Shown one piece after another: positions 48,057-59,825 of a stretch of DNA of 60,608 bases. Each line of letters starts with the position of its first letter. Within the stretch, counting starts at the first letter, position 1. This DNA is from Mesotaenium endlicherianum (taxonomy: Eukaryota), in the NCBI GenBank assembly GCA_009602735.1, contig WELA01002985.1:280548-341155 (forward strand). Reading direction: 5' to 3'. The translations under genes and the position numbers were made by a program. Below the pieces are notes generated by a model. The model did no database searches. It worked only from the letters and a program-made list of their open reading frames with translations, and was not told the DNA's origin.

Positions 48057-51000
48057 GTCGTTCTGGGGTGTCTACTGGCGTGAAGACGAGAAATCACAAG
48101 GAGGTCATCCCCAAGAGCCTGCCGAGAAGCGAAAGACGAGATGTTGACAAGCTTATCATCGTGGAAGGAGTAGTCGACGGCAACAAGGCGAAGTGTATGG
48201 TCGACAGTGGCGCAAGTGCAAACTTTGTGCACAAGAAGCTGGTGAAAGAGTGGCGAATCCCTGTGGAGAAGAATTATGAGCCTAAGGAGGCAATTTTGGC
48301 GAATGGGCAGAGACTCAAGTGTGGTGCACCTACGAAAGCTATTCACATGGAAGTAGCGGGGCACCGGAGTAAGGAAGTTATGGAGCAGGCAGAGTTGGAT
48401 CACCATGAGGTGATATTGGGCCGACCATGGCTAAGGAAAGCCAACTCTCAAGTGCACTGGAGCACTGGACAAGTGAAGGTCCAAGGGCGTGATGGTCGTA
48501 TAGAGACAGCAACACAGGTGGAGGTAGATACTACCACAAGTAATCGTCTTCTGTCGAGCTTGCAAGTCAAGAAGCTATGCGGGGCGAATCAGGTGAAGGA
48601 GATGTACCTTGTTTCGGTGGCCCTGGCCAAGTCATCAGATGGAGCAAGCGTGAATCCTAACAGCCTGGGCGAATGTACATCGCCGGAGGAGCAAGTAGTG
48701 GTGTCTGATCCCCTTGCTCAGAAGGAGCAGAGCCCAACTGCTCTAGAGAAGAAGCCTGCTGAGATGCCTGCCCAAATTAAGGCGCTCTTGGAGGAGTTCA
48801 AGTGCGTATTTCCTGAGGAGCTACCTACAGGATTACCTCCACAGAGAGCTATGGAGCACAAGATCGAGTTGGAACTAGGGAGCAAGCCACCACCGAGACC
48901 CGCCTATCGACAATCGTTTGCGGAGTTGGAGGAGTTGAAGAAGCAGCTGACAGAGTTATTAGAGAAGGGATGCATCCAACCCAGCGAGTCTACATTTGCA
49001 GCGTCAGTCTTATTTGTGAAGAAGAAGGATGGGACTATGAGAATGTGTGTCGACTACCGGGCACTCAACAAGGTCACCATCAAGAACAGGTACCCACTTC
49101 CACGAGTGGATGAATTGATTGACAGGCTTGTCGGGGCAAAGTATTTCTCGAAGATCGATTTGAGAAGTGGCTATCACCAGGTACGGATTGCGGAAGGAGA
49201 CGTTCAGAAGACTGCTTTCAGAACTCGCTATGGTTTTTTCGAGTTTACAGTCATGCCTTTTAAATTGACTAATGCACCTGCTACATTTATGGGACTCATG
49301 AATAGTATCTTCAGACCCATTTTGGACCAGTTTGTGGTGGTATTTTTGGACGACAACTTGATCTATTTGAAGACCTTGGAGGAGCATGTGGAGCATCTGA
49401 GGAAGGTGTTAGCGGTCTTGAGAGATCAGAAGCTGTATGGGAAGATGAGCAAGTGCGACTTCTGTCTCAAGGAAGTCGAGTTTCTTGGACACATTGTGGG
49501 AGTTGAAGGAGTCAAGGTGGAGCAAAAGAAGGTGCAAGCAGTCAGAGATTGGCCGGTACCTGCTGATATTCATCAACTCAGGAGTTTTCTCGGCATGGCG
49601 AATTATTATCGACGCTTCATTGAAGGATTTGCCAAGGTGTGTGCACCGCTCACGGACATGTTGAAGAAGCAGGAGAAGTGGCTATGGGGTGACAAGGAGC
49701 GGCATGCCTTTGAGAAGATTAAGGAGCTGTTGACACAGGCACCTGTGTTGGCAATTGCCAATCCAGAGCTTCCTTTCACCATCATCACGGACGCATCAAA
49801 CTCTGCAGTGGGAGCCATTCTTCTCCGGGACCAAGGCAAAGGATTGCAACGTTTGGCATATGAGAGCAGGAAGCTGAGTCCTGCTGAGCAAAACTATGCA
49901 GCACACGAGCGGGAGATGTTGGCTATTATCCAGGCTTTGAGGATTTGGCGATGTTATGTGGACGGAAGAAAGGTGTTGATCAAGACCAACCACAAGAGCT
50001 TGGAGAAGTTTATGACGCAGCCAACGTTGACACCAAGACAGGCAAGGTGGATGGAGTTTCTGCAACAGTTCGACCACAAGATTGAGTACTTACCTGGGAA
50101 GATCAATTCTGCAGACGCTTTATTTAGGAGGTGTGACCTTGCAGCTGTCTCAGTCATAAAGGAGAGTCTGGACTTCAAGGAGAAGCTTCAGAGAGGTTAT
50201 GAAGAAGACCCAGAGTATGCTGATGGTGGAGAAGCTGAGTTCAACTCGAGTATGCACAAGAAGGACGGCATATGGTACTATGGTGATTCTAAGAGAGTAG
50301 TGGTACCTAACATCAAGGAGCTACGAGACTTACTACTTGCGGAGCATCATGATTGCTTATATGCTGGACACTTTGGAAGCGACAAGACGGCAAGCGTGCT
50401 GAAGCGGGAGTACTATTGGAGAAATATGGACAAGAACATCGAGGAATGGATCAGGAGTTGCGATGCGTGCCAGCGTAACAAGACACCAAATCAAAAGAAA
50501 GGAGGTACATTGCAGCCCCTACCTATTCTAGAGTATCCTTGGGAGCAGATTGCTATGGACTTCGTCACATCTTTACCAGTGAGTGATCAAGGGCACGATG
50601 CAGTTTGGGTTGTGTCTGATCGGCTCAGCAAGATGGCACACTTCATTCCCATGAAGGAGACTTCTATGGCAGCAGATGTGGCACGGCTGTTCTTTGATCG
50701 TATCTTCAAGCTACATGGATTGCCGAAGGTGATTGTTTCAGATCGGGATCCAAGGTTTACTAGCATTTTTTGGCGGTCATTGTTTACTTTGATGGGAACC
50801 AAGTTGAGTATGAGCACTTCCAATCATCCTCAGACAGACGGGCAGAGTGAGAGGCTCAACAGAACTCTGCAAGAGGTGCTCAGGAATTTCACTATGGAAG
50901 GCCCTTCAGAGTGGGACAGGAAGCTGCGAGGATTGGAGTTTGCCTACCACAACAGCATGTAGGGATTGACCAAGCAGTCACCATTTGCTATGGTTTATGG

Positions 51001-51654
51001 GCGAGAAGTATATCATCAGGGAACATCTTGTTGGAGAAGGCCAAGGAGACTCAGGTTCCTACTACACAAGCGTTTATGGAGCATATGGCCAAGACTTAAG
51101 ACATGGCGAAGACGTGTATTCGGAAGGCACATGAGGAGCAGGTCAACCATGCTAACAAGCACAGGAGGGAAGTGACATTTGATGTGGGCGACAAAGTACT
51201 CTTGTCAACAGAGAATCTACCGTTCACGGGCAAGAGGAAACTGCGGGCACGGTTCACTGGTCCCTTTCTGGTGCTCAAGCAAATGAATCCAGTGACCTAC
51301 AAGTTGGAACTTCCTTCAGGCTGGCGTATCCATGATGTATTCCATGCCAGTTGTTTGCGGCCATACGTTGACCCGAATGAAGGACATCCAGGACGACTAC
51401 CTACACCGCCACCACCGGTCGAGATCAATGATGTATTGGAGTATGAAGTGGAGGCGATTGTCGGCGATCGACGAGTCAAGCGAGGTCAACGACTTATTCA
51501 AGAGTATCTGGTCAAGTGGAAGGGCTACCATGCGGACGACAACACTTGGGAGCCAGAAGCCAACTTAACTCATTGTAAGAGTAAGTTGAGACGTTATTTG
51601 CAGAATGCGTCGAGGACGTCGCATCTTGAGGAGGGGGATGATGTAAGGTCATAA
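47972..51654 (+). pseudogene. pol: B2 pol: 996-aa open segment (protease-RT-RNase H-integrase), stop/frameshift, then chromodomain segment
   Basis: MVDSGA, FLDD, TDAS, HHCC, DDE; TAG at 50960-50962; 51103-51654 has GPF and [21 protein letters not shown]. Confidence 0.94.
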
Positions 51655-52398
51655 GTTTATAAAGTGCATTTTTGAGTTTGGTGAAAGTATGTTTTGATTG
51701 TCTAGTAGTGTAGAGTGCATTTTTGTGGTCATTTTGATATAAAGTTCATCGAATTTGGTTAAGTATTGAGAGAGTTATGGATTTCCAAAGTTTAATTAGT
51801 TTTGAGGTCGGTTGACGACTGTCCTTAATTCGCAGTGAGCGCGACCGTCGAATTAACCGACAGCGTTGAGCAATCTGGCCTGTTAGAGTGAATTTGAACC
51901 TTCACGTAAGTTCGGCTGACGCGGAGTGCCGACTAGGTTGATTTACCTAGAAGTTTCGGATTAGCCTAGCGCGTCTAAAGTTAGTGTATTCTAGATATTT
52001 GGATGCATGCATGTGGACGTCAAATCGGCCCGACACGTCAGATGAGACTAATCTGGCTTTCTCACAAATCTTCTAGAAAGGACAATTTGACAAACACTTA
52101 GGAGAATTCGCTGCTAAGCTGCCCTCCCGCCTAGGGGCGAGCGGCCGTCGTAGAAAACTATAAATAGACATAACTTCTTTGTTTCTTATGAGTTTTCACT
52201 TCTGTAAATTTCTACGAGTTTGTAATGACAAGGCCTTTTTATCCTACATCATCTGTGAGCAGTTTCTTGCTACTCAAAATGTTGAGTAATTTTCCTAAGC
52301 TTTGTTAGTGATATGCCGCTGCACTCTCTAGTATGATTGCAACTAGTTTCTTTCCTCGTGAATCACTACGCTTCCACTAGGGCACTCTGCCCCTTTCA
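51642..52398 (+). repeat. B2 3' LTR
   Basis: Direct repeat of 46256-47000. Confidence 0.95.
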
Positions 52399-53104
52399 GG
52401 TGATAGGTCTCTGCATAATAAATTCTGAAAATTTACCTAGCTGTATTCCATGAGTAGTCAGTCATTTAGAGTCCAAGTTTGCTCAATTTGGAGCATTGGT
52501 GAGAGAAATATGATGCACTGAGTAGAAGGGGGTCAGGCTGCTGGCATTCTTAGGGCAGAATATGCCTTCTGACATTGTGCCTTCTCCTGAACTTGGAATG
52601 CTCTGAAACTCAAGACTCTGGTAGAGCATCTTACAACGCCCATTTTAATTATTACCTAGCAGATTTTGGAGAAGTATAGAAGAACTTATGATTTTCAGAA
52701 GTTTCCGCACAGATTGGGAGGAGTGCCTACTCTCTCAGCTCTCAACGACACTCCAGACATTATATTTCTCTCAAATTTGGTAGACATCTTCGACGCGGTC
52801 TGTCTGGCATTGGAATTTTCAGATCTGGAGCAGTTTTGTGGACGCTATGAAGTTTTGAATTCGTGGCAGATTCTGGGCCAACTTGTACAATTTTTTTTAT
52901 CATCAAGGAGTAGGCTAGCCAATAAGGTCACATCACCCACGACCTTGCCTAGTCTACCTTACATGTGTAGCACCTGACTTGGCACCTTTAACTAGTCCTC
53001 TTCACATGTGTGGCATCTGACTTGAAGTTGTTGACTAGTCTACTCCACATGTGTACGACCTGACTTGACGCGCCGAGACGTCGCTTTTTTTATCGGGGGG
53101 GTGA

Positions 53105-53605
53105 TGTAGTGATTTGAGTTATAATATACTAGTTTGCATATATTTTAATACTTTTGAATATATTTGGAGTAGTATTGTGTGGAGTCAAGTGTGAATAGAT
53201 ACTCTATTGACTTGGTTCATGTCCTTTGAACCTTCTAAGGCATTTTCGAAGTTAGAGGAAGGACCTAGAAGAACTCCATGTGGCAAAAGTCAAATGTGCC
53301 ATTTTTAGGTCAGAAGGACATGTGTACATTATTCTAGAAAGAGGTGGCAAGTTTTGGGATGTGTTGGGTGCCAACACATCAACATGCACCTTCCTAGAAA
53401 TTACTTATGTAGCAAGTACATAAACAAGAGCTAGAACATAGAAAGATGGCAGAATCACTCTTGTACATGCCAAATTCCAGAAATATATCACCTTTCAAGA
53501 AGTCATCTCTCTTTCAAGAAGCTACCATTTGTGCTCAAAGATCCTTGTCTTGAATAGATAAAGCATTCTATTGTACTATGTACTTTATCTATCTGTTTCA
53601 TTACA
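53105..53605 (+). repeat. A2 3' LTR
   Basis: Direct repeat of 41052-41540. Confidence 0.93.
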
Positions 53606-53610
53606 TTGAG

Positions 53611-54302
53611 GTTGGCCCATTTTTGGCCGTCCTGCACTTACGCTGCAAGTGAGGAGATCAACACTTAGTGTTTTCACACGAGCTCTGCTCTCTCTCAGTT
53701 CCTGTTTCAAAACTTGGAATCTTTTGCAAAAAAAGTTTTTATGCTACTCATTTTGTCTTACAGTAGGACAGAAGCGTCTTACTTCTAAGCTCGTTTTCAC
53801 TCAAGTTGAAGGATGCACAAAGTGAACAAATTCTAGTCTACAAAAAACACGTCTAAGCAGATCAACACACAACACCAGGTTTTTGAGAAAATTGCCCACT
53901 TGGGCGTTTGCATAACTTCCACAAAGTCACAGCTTACAAACTCTGAACCTATAGCATCTTGCCAGCCCGACTTGGGCTCTTCACCCAATGTCGCGCCTAA
54001 CAATTGTTCATTGCTGGCTGGGCTTACTCAGTTCTCTACTAAGGGCCTTTTCTTGCTAACTTTGCTCTTGCTTTTCAGCAATTCGTCAATAAAGACTTCT
54101 GTGAACTTGGAATCTAACACAACACTCATCATGTTATGTGCTCTTTGCGCGCTTGTGTGGTGTTTTGATTTGTATCTGTGCTAGATCTCCTAGCAAATCC
54201 TATATGCCAACTCTCTACTTCTTTCAAGCGGAATCCACTTAATGAAAATTCCAGAGTCCCAACTTTCTTATTACACTGAGAGGAAGTTAGTAAGCGTCGA
54301 CA
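53611..54302. repeat. Family C repeat copy 2, distal part (proximal parts at 34736-34792 and 40915-41051)
   Basis: Homologous to 21600-22269; ends in CGACA, inverse to the TGTCG start at 34736. Confidence 0.7.
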
Positions 54303-55340
54303 TAAGCGTGTCTTTTTGGGCTCTTTGCGGCCTTGGGAACTCCTTCTCCTTCGCGCCTTTTCTTTCTCTTTTCTTCTCCTTCTTTCTCCTTCGCTCCTCT
54401 CTGGCACATGTGTAAGGCAAGAATGAGGTAGATTTGTGGGGGGCTCGTGGCTATCTCAAGCACCATGCATGCGTCTCTCTCTCGAGAGTGTCGAGGCTTA
54501 GTCATTACCTCTGCACGCATGAGCTCCATGCAAATATCGCTTGTGACAACTTAAGTTATTCAACCTCACTTGGCATGCGTGCACGTCTCGTGACAATTGC
54601 GTGTGACAACTTAAGCTCTCGGTCATCGTGCACGCCTATGTGGCCGTTGAGCCTATGTCCCTCTGAGGTGGCAGCTCTGTCGTGACTGCTCCATCACAGG
54701 TCTATGGCTGAGGTGGCGTGCCTTTCACCTCAGCCCGACTCGGCACTTGCCAGCATGGCTGCTCAGTAAACTTTGCCTTACTTGGCAGCTGATGGTGTGG
54801 ACCATTTGCAGGTCTTAGCAGGGTCAGCTTTCCAGGCTCCAGCTAACTTGGCTGTTAATTCCCACCCATCACTGAGTGTCGGTTTTGTCCCGTCGCAGTC
54901 ACCCTCTCGTGTGACTTGACTTTGACTTTCAAACGCTGACTTGCACAGATCAGCAATTTATTCAGCAAGTCAACGCTGACCTTCCGTACCTGGGCGGCCG
55001 TGGCTTGCGCCACGCGTGCTGCGCCGTCAGACTGATAGAAGTCGCGACATGGAAATTATGTTCTTCGTTTTTCCACAATTTGCAATCAAAGGCGGGAATT
55101 TGGATTGACCGACTTTGGTCAGACATGTATGGACGGGAGCCCGTGTGCTTGGTAACCATCGAGATCAATCGAGATACGGCATGACATCAACATCATTGCA
55201 CGTAAAAGAATCAAGATACTACAACGAGTACCTGCGAATCTAGCCTGATGACCACGAATGACGACTATGCCTAAGAATGGACAAGCAAGGAAGCTGCGTG
55301 GAAGTGCGGTCGGTGTTGCAGCGTGCTCGACACTGGATCC

Positions 55341-55431
55341 TCTGGAGTCTGGAGTCTGGAGTCTGGAGTCTGTACTCTGGAGTCTGGACTCTGGAGTCTG
55401 GAGTCTGGAGTCTGGACTCTGGAGCCTGGAG
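55341..55431. repeat. (TCTGGAG)n heptamer tandem repeat, 13 copies
   Basis: Directly visible, with variants TCTGGAC/TCTGTAC/CCTGGAG. Confidence 0.95.
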
Positions 55432-56215
55432 CACTCTGCAAATTGCTGTGCTCAAGGTGCCCAGAAAATTTTGAGCTTTGCGCGGGCTGTTTTTCGCCGA
55501 GGAGGGGGGCCCTTCATTTACTAGGTCGGATTGAAACTAGTGGCAACATTCACGTGATAATATTCTCTTATCACTTCCCTTATTTTCTGTACGGTTGCAG
55601 AACGCGCTGGAACGCGGGCACGGTTAAAGCCATGCCTGCACTGAAGGTTATAAATTTATAATATACACTATAGAGAGTAGTCGTGACATCATCCGCACGG
55701 AGGACGGCCCCCATTCGGCACGCCTTGAGGGAACGTGCGTTCGTTACAGTTAGTTGCGCGTCACGCTTTGCTTGTCACGACAAGGCCGCCCGAAACCGTA
55801 CGTTGGAGCTCGCACAAGCTTGCGTCGGATGCACGCCAGGTGCACGTACTCTATCATACTAATTTGTACTGCATAGAGCACGAAAGCTTCGAGACAAACT
55901 TACTCGGCATCGAAACAGACCGCTCTGCTATATGGGCACTTCAGCTCGGCCCCAGGCACGCTGCAAAAGGATGGCAAATATGGGCAAATATATCGTGGGC
56001 GCTCGACGATGATCATCAGCTCGCATTCTTGGCAAAATCTGTCAACGTTTGATAAATGAGGAGGCACAACAATATGTGAACTCGAGATTCGAGACTGTAT
56101 GAAACTCTCATATTGTGTGTAAAGCTCAATGAGATTGGTTTTGCCTCGTCAAGTGAGGGGCTCGATGTCTCCGAAAACTGTTGTGTAGTACGTGTGAGTT
56201 GAAACAGGGGCTTAT

Positions 56216-58735
56216 ATGCAAATGGAAGCTAATGGGGATCATCGCGCTGCTCCAGCTCCGCAAGACTTTTTTGAGTTCATACCAGATACAATATGTTACA
56301 AAATCATGACTCATCTCGCTCACACAAAGAGTGCGTGCTGCTTTCGAGCGGCCTGCAAAAGGTTCCAGGTGAGAAGACAAAATTGCTCATTGAAGCTTTT
56401 AGCCGTTACAAATCTGCTTTAGCCTCTGTGGTAGCATTCTTGTCCTTGGTGTGAGCATTCATGGAACCATGCACAGGACGCTAATTGTTTCTACGAGAGC
56501 CTGTGACGACCACTACATTTTCGGTTCCTTATTCTCAGTAATGTGTGTGAATAACCTGCTGAACTCCTACTATCGTGTAATTATCCTTAGCCAGGCAGAC
56601 TATACGCGTTCATATAGCTGAAGGGCTCTGCCAGCCCTCAAGGAATTGTGTGGACCTCGTGATGGGAGTACCATCCGGCACCTGTCTCTGCAAGCATGCA
56701 TTTGCATCGTGGTTGGCACCTAAATAGCCGAGAATTGGCCGTGTCGGAGGAGTGAGAAAGCTGAGTATCAGAGAACGAGAATCTAAAGCCTCCTGCAGGA
56801 CCTAAATTGGGTTTTTGGTAAACAGTAGCTCTCTCAGGGATGAAAAGCGAGAGCGCCCTTGTGCTCTTGCAAATAGATCTTTGCAAAACCCCTGAGATTG
56901 ATGCCATGTACCTGCCAGGCTATTTGTCTTTGTTGTAAGTTCCTGAAGCAACTGAGGCCCTGAAAGTGCTCAACTACCGCCAGGGAGCAATCACCATGAG
57001 CAGCAGCAACTGCTAGTGCTCAGGACTAGTGAAGCTAAGAACATGCCGGAGCATTATCGTTCATGGGGTCTTAAGTCTCAAAGAGAAGTTTAACCTACTT
57101 TCCTCTGTCAGTCCCTCAGTCCCCATCAGTGCTGTTCCCCAAAGGCTCCCGCGTACGAAGGGAGACAGACTGCGTGCTTTGCGGGGTACAGTCGGTCAGC
57201 AAGGGTAAGTCAAAGAGTGTGCAAATGTTGGCAGAGGCTGCACACTCAAGCAGGCTTGCTGGAACTCAGCCGCGCTTGACTGCAATTGAGCAAAGCTGAC
57301 AGCACCTTGCCTGAAAATGGGTCTCTCTGAGTATATAGGCGACCAGCAGAGGAGACGCTGAGCGGCGAGGGGGCCTGGTATCGCTGGTTGTATGTATGTG
57401 CGTGTGCGTGTGCATGTGTGCATATGTGCATGTGTGTGTTGCGGGTGGCATGGGCGTGGGAGCGCGCGCGCAGGAGCTGGGCGAGCGGCTGGACACGGTG
57501 GTGTTCCACGCGCCCGACTTCGGGCCCTCGCTGCGGCGGGGGAGCGCCTCGCGCGACGCGGAGACCGTCATCACGCGCGTGGTGCTCAGCACGGCGCACG
57601 TGCGCTACCTCCACGTGGAGAACGCGCGCCGCGCGCCCAAGTTCCAGGTGAGGGCGCCCGCGCTCGCGAGCGGGAGCGGGACCGGGAGCACGCACGCATG
57701 CTTGCTTGGTCGTTCCCCCCCGGGAGGTCGTCCTTGCAGGCAGGAGAGGCAGGTCTTTGGCCCCCCAACGCGCAAACAGAAAGCATGCGCGCATCACATT
57801 CAGAGCCCCCCCCGACAACGGACANNNNNNNNNNNNNNNNNNNNNNNNNNNNNNNNNNNNNNNNNNNNNNNNNNNNNNNNNNNNNNNNNNNNNNNNNNNN
57901 NNNNNNNNNNNNNNNNNNNNNNNNNNNNNNNNNNNNNNNNNNNNNNNNNNNNNNNNNNNNNNNNNNNNNNNNNNNNNNNNNNNNNNNNNNNNNNNNNNNN
58001 NNNNNNNNNNNNNNNNNNNNNNNNNNNNNNNNNNNNNNNNNNNNNNNNNNNNNNNNNNNNNNNNNNNNNNNNNNNNNNNNNNNNNNNNNNNNNNNNNNNN
58101 NNNNNNNNNNNNNNNNNNNNNNNNNNNNNNNNNNNNNNNNNNNNNNNNNNNNNNNNNNNNNNNNNNNNNNNNNNNNNNNNNNNNNNNNNNNNNNNNNNNN
58201 NNNNNNNNNNNNNNNNNNNNNNNNNNNNNNNNNNNNNNNNNNNNNNNNNNNNNNNNNNNNNNNNNNNNNNNNNNNNNNNNNNNNNNNNNNNNNNNNNNNN
58301 NNNNNNNNNNNNNNNNNNNNNNNNNNNNNNNNNNNNNNNNNNNNNNNNNNNNNNNNNNNNNNNNNNNNNNNNNNNNNNNNNNNNNNNNNNNNNNNNNNNN
58401 NNNNNNNNNNNNNNNNNNNNNNNNNNNNNNNNNNNNNNNNNNNNNNNNNNNNNNNNNNNNNNNNNNNNNNNNNNNNNNNNNNNNNNNNNNNNNNNNNNNN
58501 NNNNNNNNNNNNNNNNNNNNNNNNNNNNNNNNNNNNNNNNNNNNNNNNNNNNNNNNNNNNNNNNNNNNNNNNNNNNNNNNNNNNNNNNNNNNNNNNNNNN
58601 NNNNNNNCCCCCGACAACGGACAGGCACATGCGCATGCAAGCAAGGCAAGGTTTCCAGCTCCTGAGGAGCCCGGGCAAATGAGGCTCTCGTGTGAAGGAG
58701 ATTGTGTCTGTGTGAGTTGAGAGTTGAGACTCATG

Positions 58736-58784
<49 letters not shown>

Positions 58785-58785
58785 G

Positions 58786-58820
<35 letters not shown>

Positions 58821-59825
58821 TACACATACACACGCCCCATGCGCCTGGACCACTGTTGGACGACGAGTGGTCCAGCAGAAACGGAGTAGTGTGGAGTAGC
58901 AGTTCATTGCCTACCATCACTTTTGTGCCTGTGCGTCTCTACACATGCAAGTAGCCTCTCTGTCGCGTACAACTTAGCCGCCCCCTCCCTCTGTCTTCTT
59001 GGCCTCCTCTCACACTCCCCTCCTGCCCATTGTCTCCTCTTGTCCCCCTCTTGCCCTGCTGCTGCCCGCTGGGCTCCCCTTTCACTCCTTCAGACAGCAA
59101 GGAATGCCAAGTCGGTGTCTGTCGTCGAACCTGCTCACTTGGCCGCGGCTGGCCAGCTGTCAGACACTCAGCCATGGGAGCTCGCCGGGCGAGGCGCGCT
59201 CAGGTGCAAAGAGGAGTTTCGTGCCTGCTGGATTCTTGCCCCGGTTGCTTTTCCACGAGTCCTTCACACACCGAGCAGCACAAGTCGGCACTTATCGAGC
59301 CCACCCCTCTCTTTCTCTTTCTCCTTCTCACACCCTCCCTCGCTCGCGTATTAGCACTGACACCTACGCACACCCACACACGCGCGCGCTCACGTACGTC
59401 CGAGCAAAATTGCACAAGATCCCCCAGATTCCCCACTAGAAAGAAATAGGGCGCCTGCTTGCACTAACGATGTCAGCGGCTCGCACCAGAGTGCTTTCCG
59501 CGCGCGTGCGGTCCGCTCCCCGCCGCTTCTCAGTCTTCACATCCGCTCGACGGGACGGGCTCTTCTGCCAGGAGGTGGCGGTGATGGCGTGGTGCCTGTA
59601 CGGCAAGCACTCGCTGGAGGACCTCACCATCGTGGACGCCCCCAACGATCTCCTCAGCGGCGGCAGCGGCGGCATGCCGGGCGCGGGGGGCGCCAGGGGG
59701 GAGGAGGGGGAGGAGGACGCGGGCAGCGAGGGGTGGAAGCTGGAGCACGCGTCGCGCTGCAAGCGGCTGCAGCGGCTGCACCTGGACCACGTGGTGTTTG
59801 ACTACCAGTACGGCCTCAACTGCAG
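56216..59825 (+). CDS. Multi-exon F-box (LRR/RNI-like) protein, partial
   Basis: Exon 56216-56368 FEFIPDTICYKIMTHL..RAACKRFQ|GT (F-box consensus); GC-rich exon 57474-57647; exon ~59534-59825 (VMAWCLYGKHSLEDLTIVD..RCKRLQRLHLDHV) with AG/GT; 3' end not visible. Confidence 0.7.
58739..58832. repeat. (CT)n(CA)n compound microsatellite in F-box gene intron
   Basis: Directly visible. Confidence 0.95.

Larger units (their letters stand above)
46256..52398 (+). mobile_element. Full-length chromovirus (family B, copy B2) nested in the 3' UTR of A2
   Basis: LTRs 46256-47000 and 51642-52398; perfect TSD GGTGA; PBS TGGTATTGGAGC 47003-47014; PPT GAGGAGGGGGATGA. Confidence 0.97.
41052..53605 (+). mobile_element. 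Decayed chromovirus (family A, copy A2) carrying nested B2
   Basis: LTRs 41052-41540 and 53105-53605; PBS TGGTATCAGAGC 41542-41553; PPT at ~53095-53104; TSD ATGAG/TTGAG. Confidence 0.95.
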
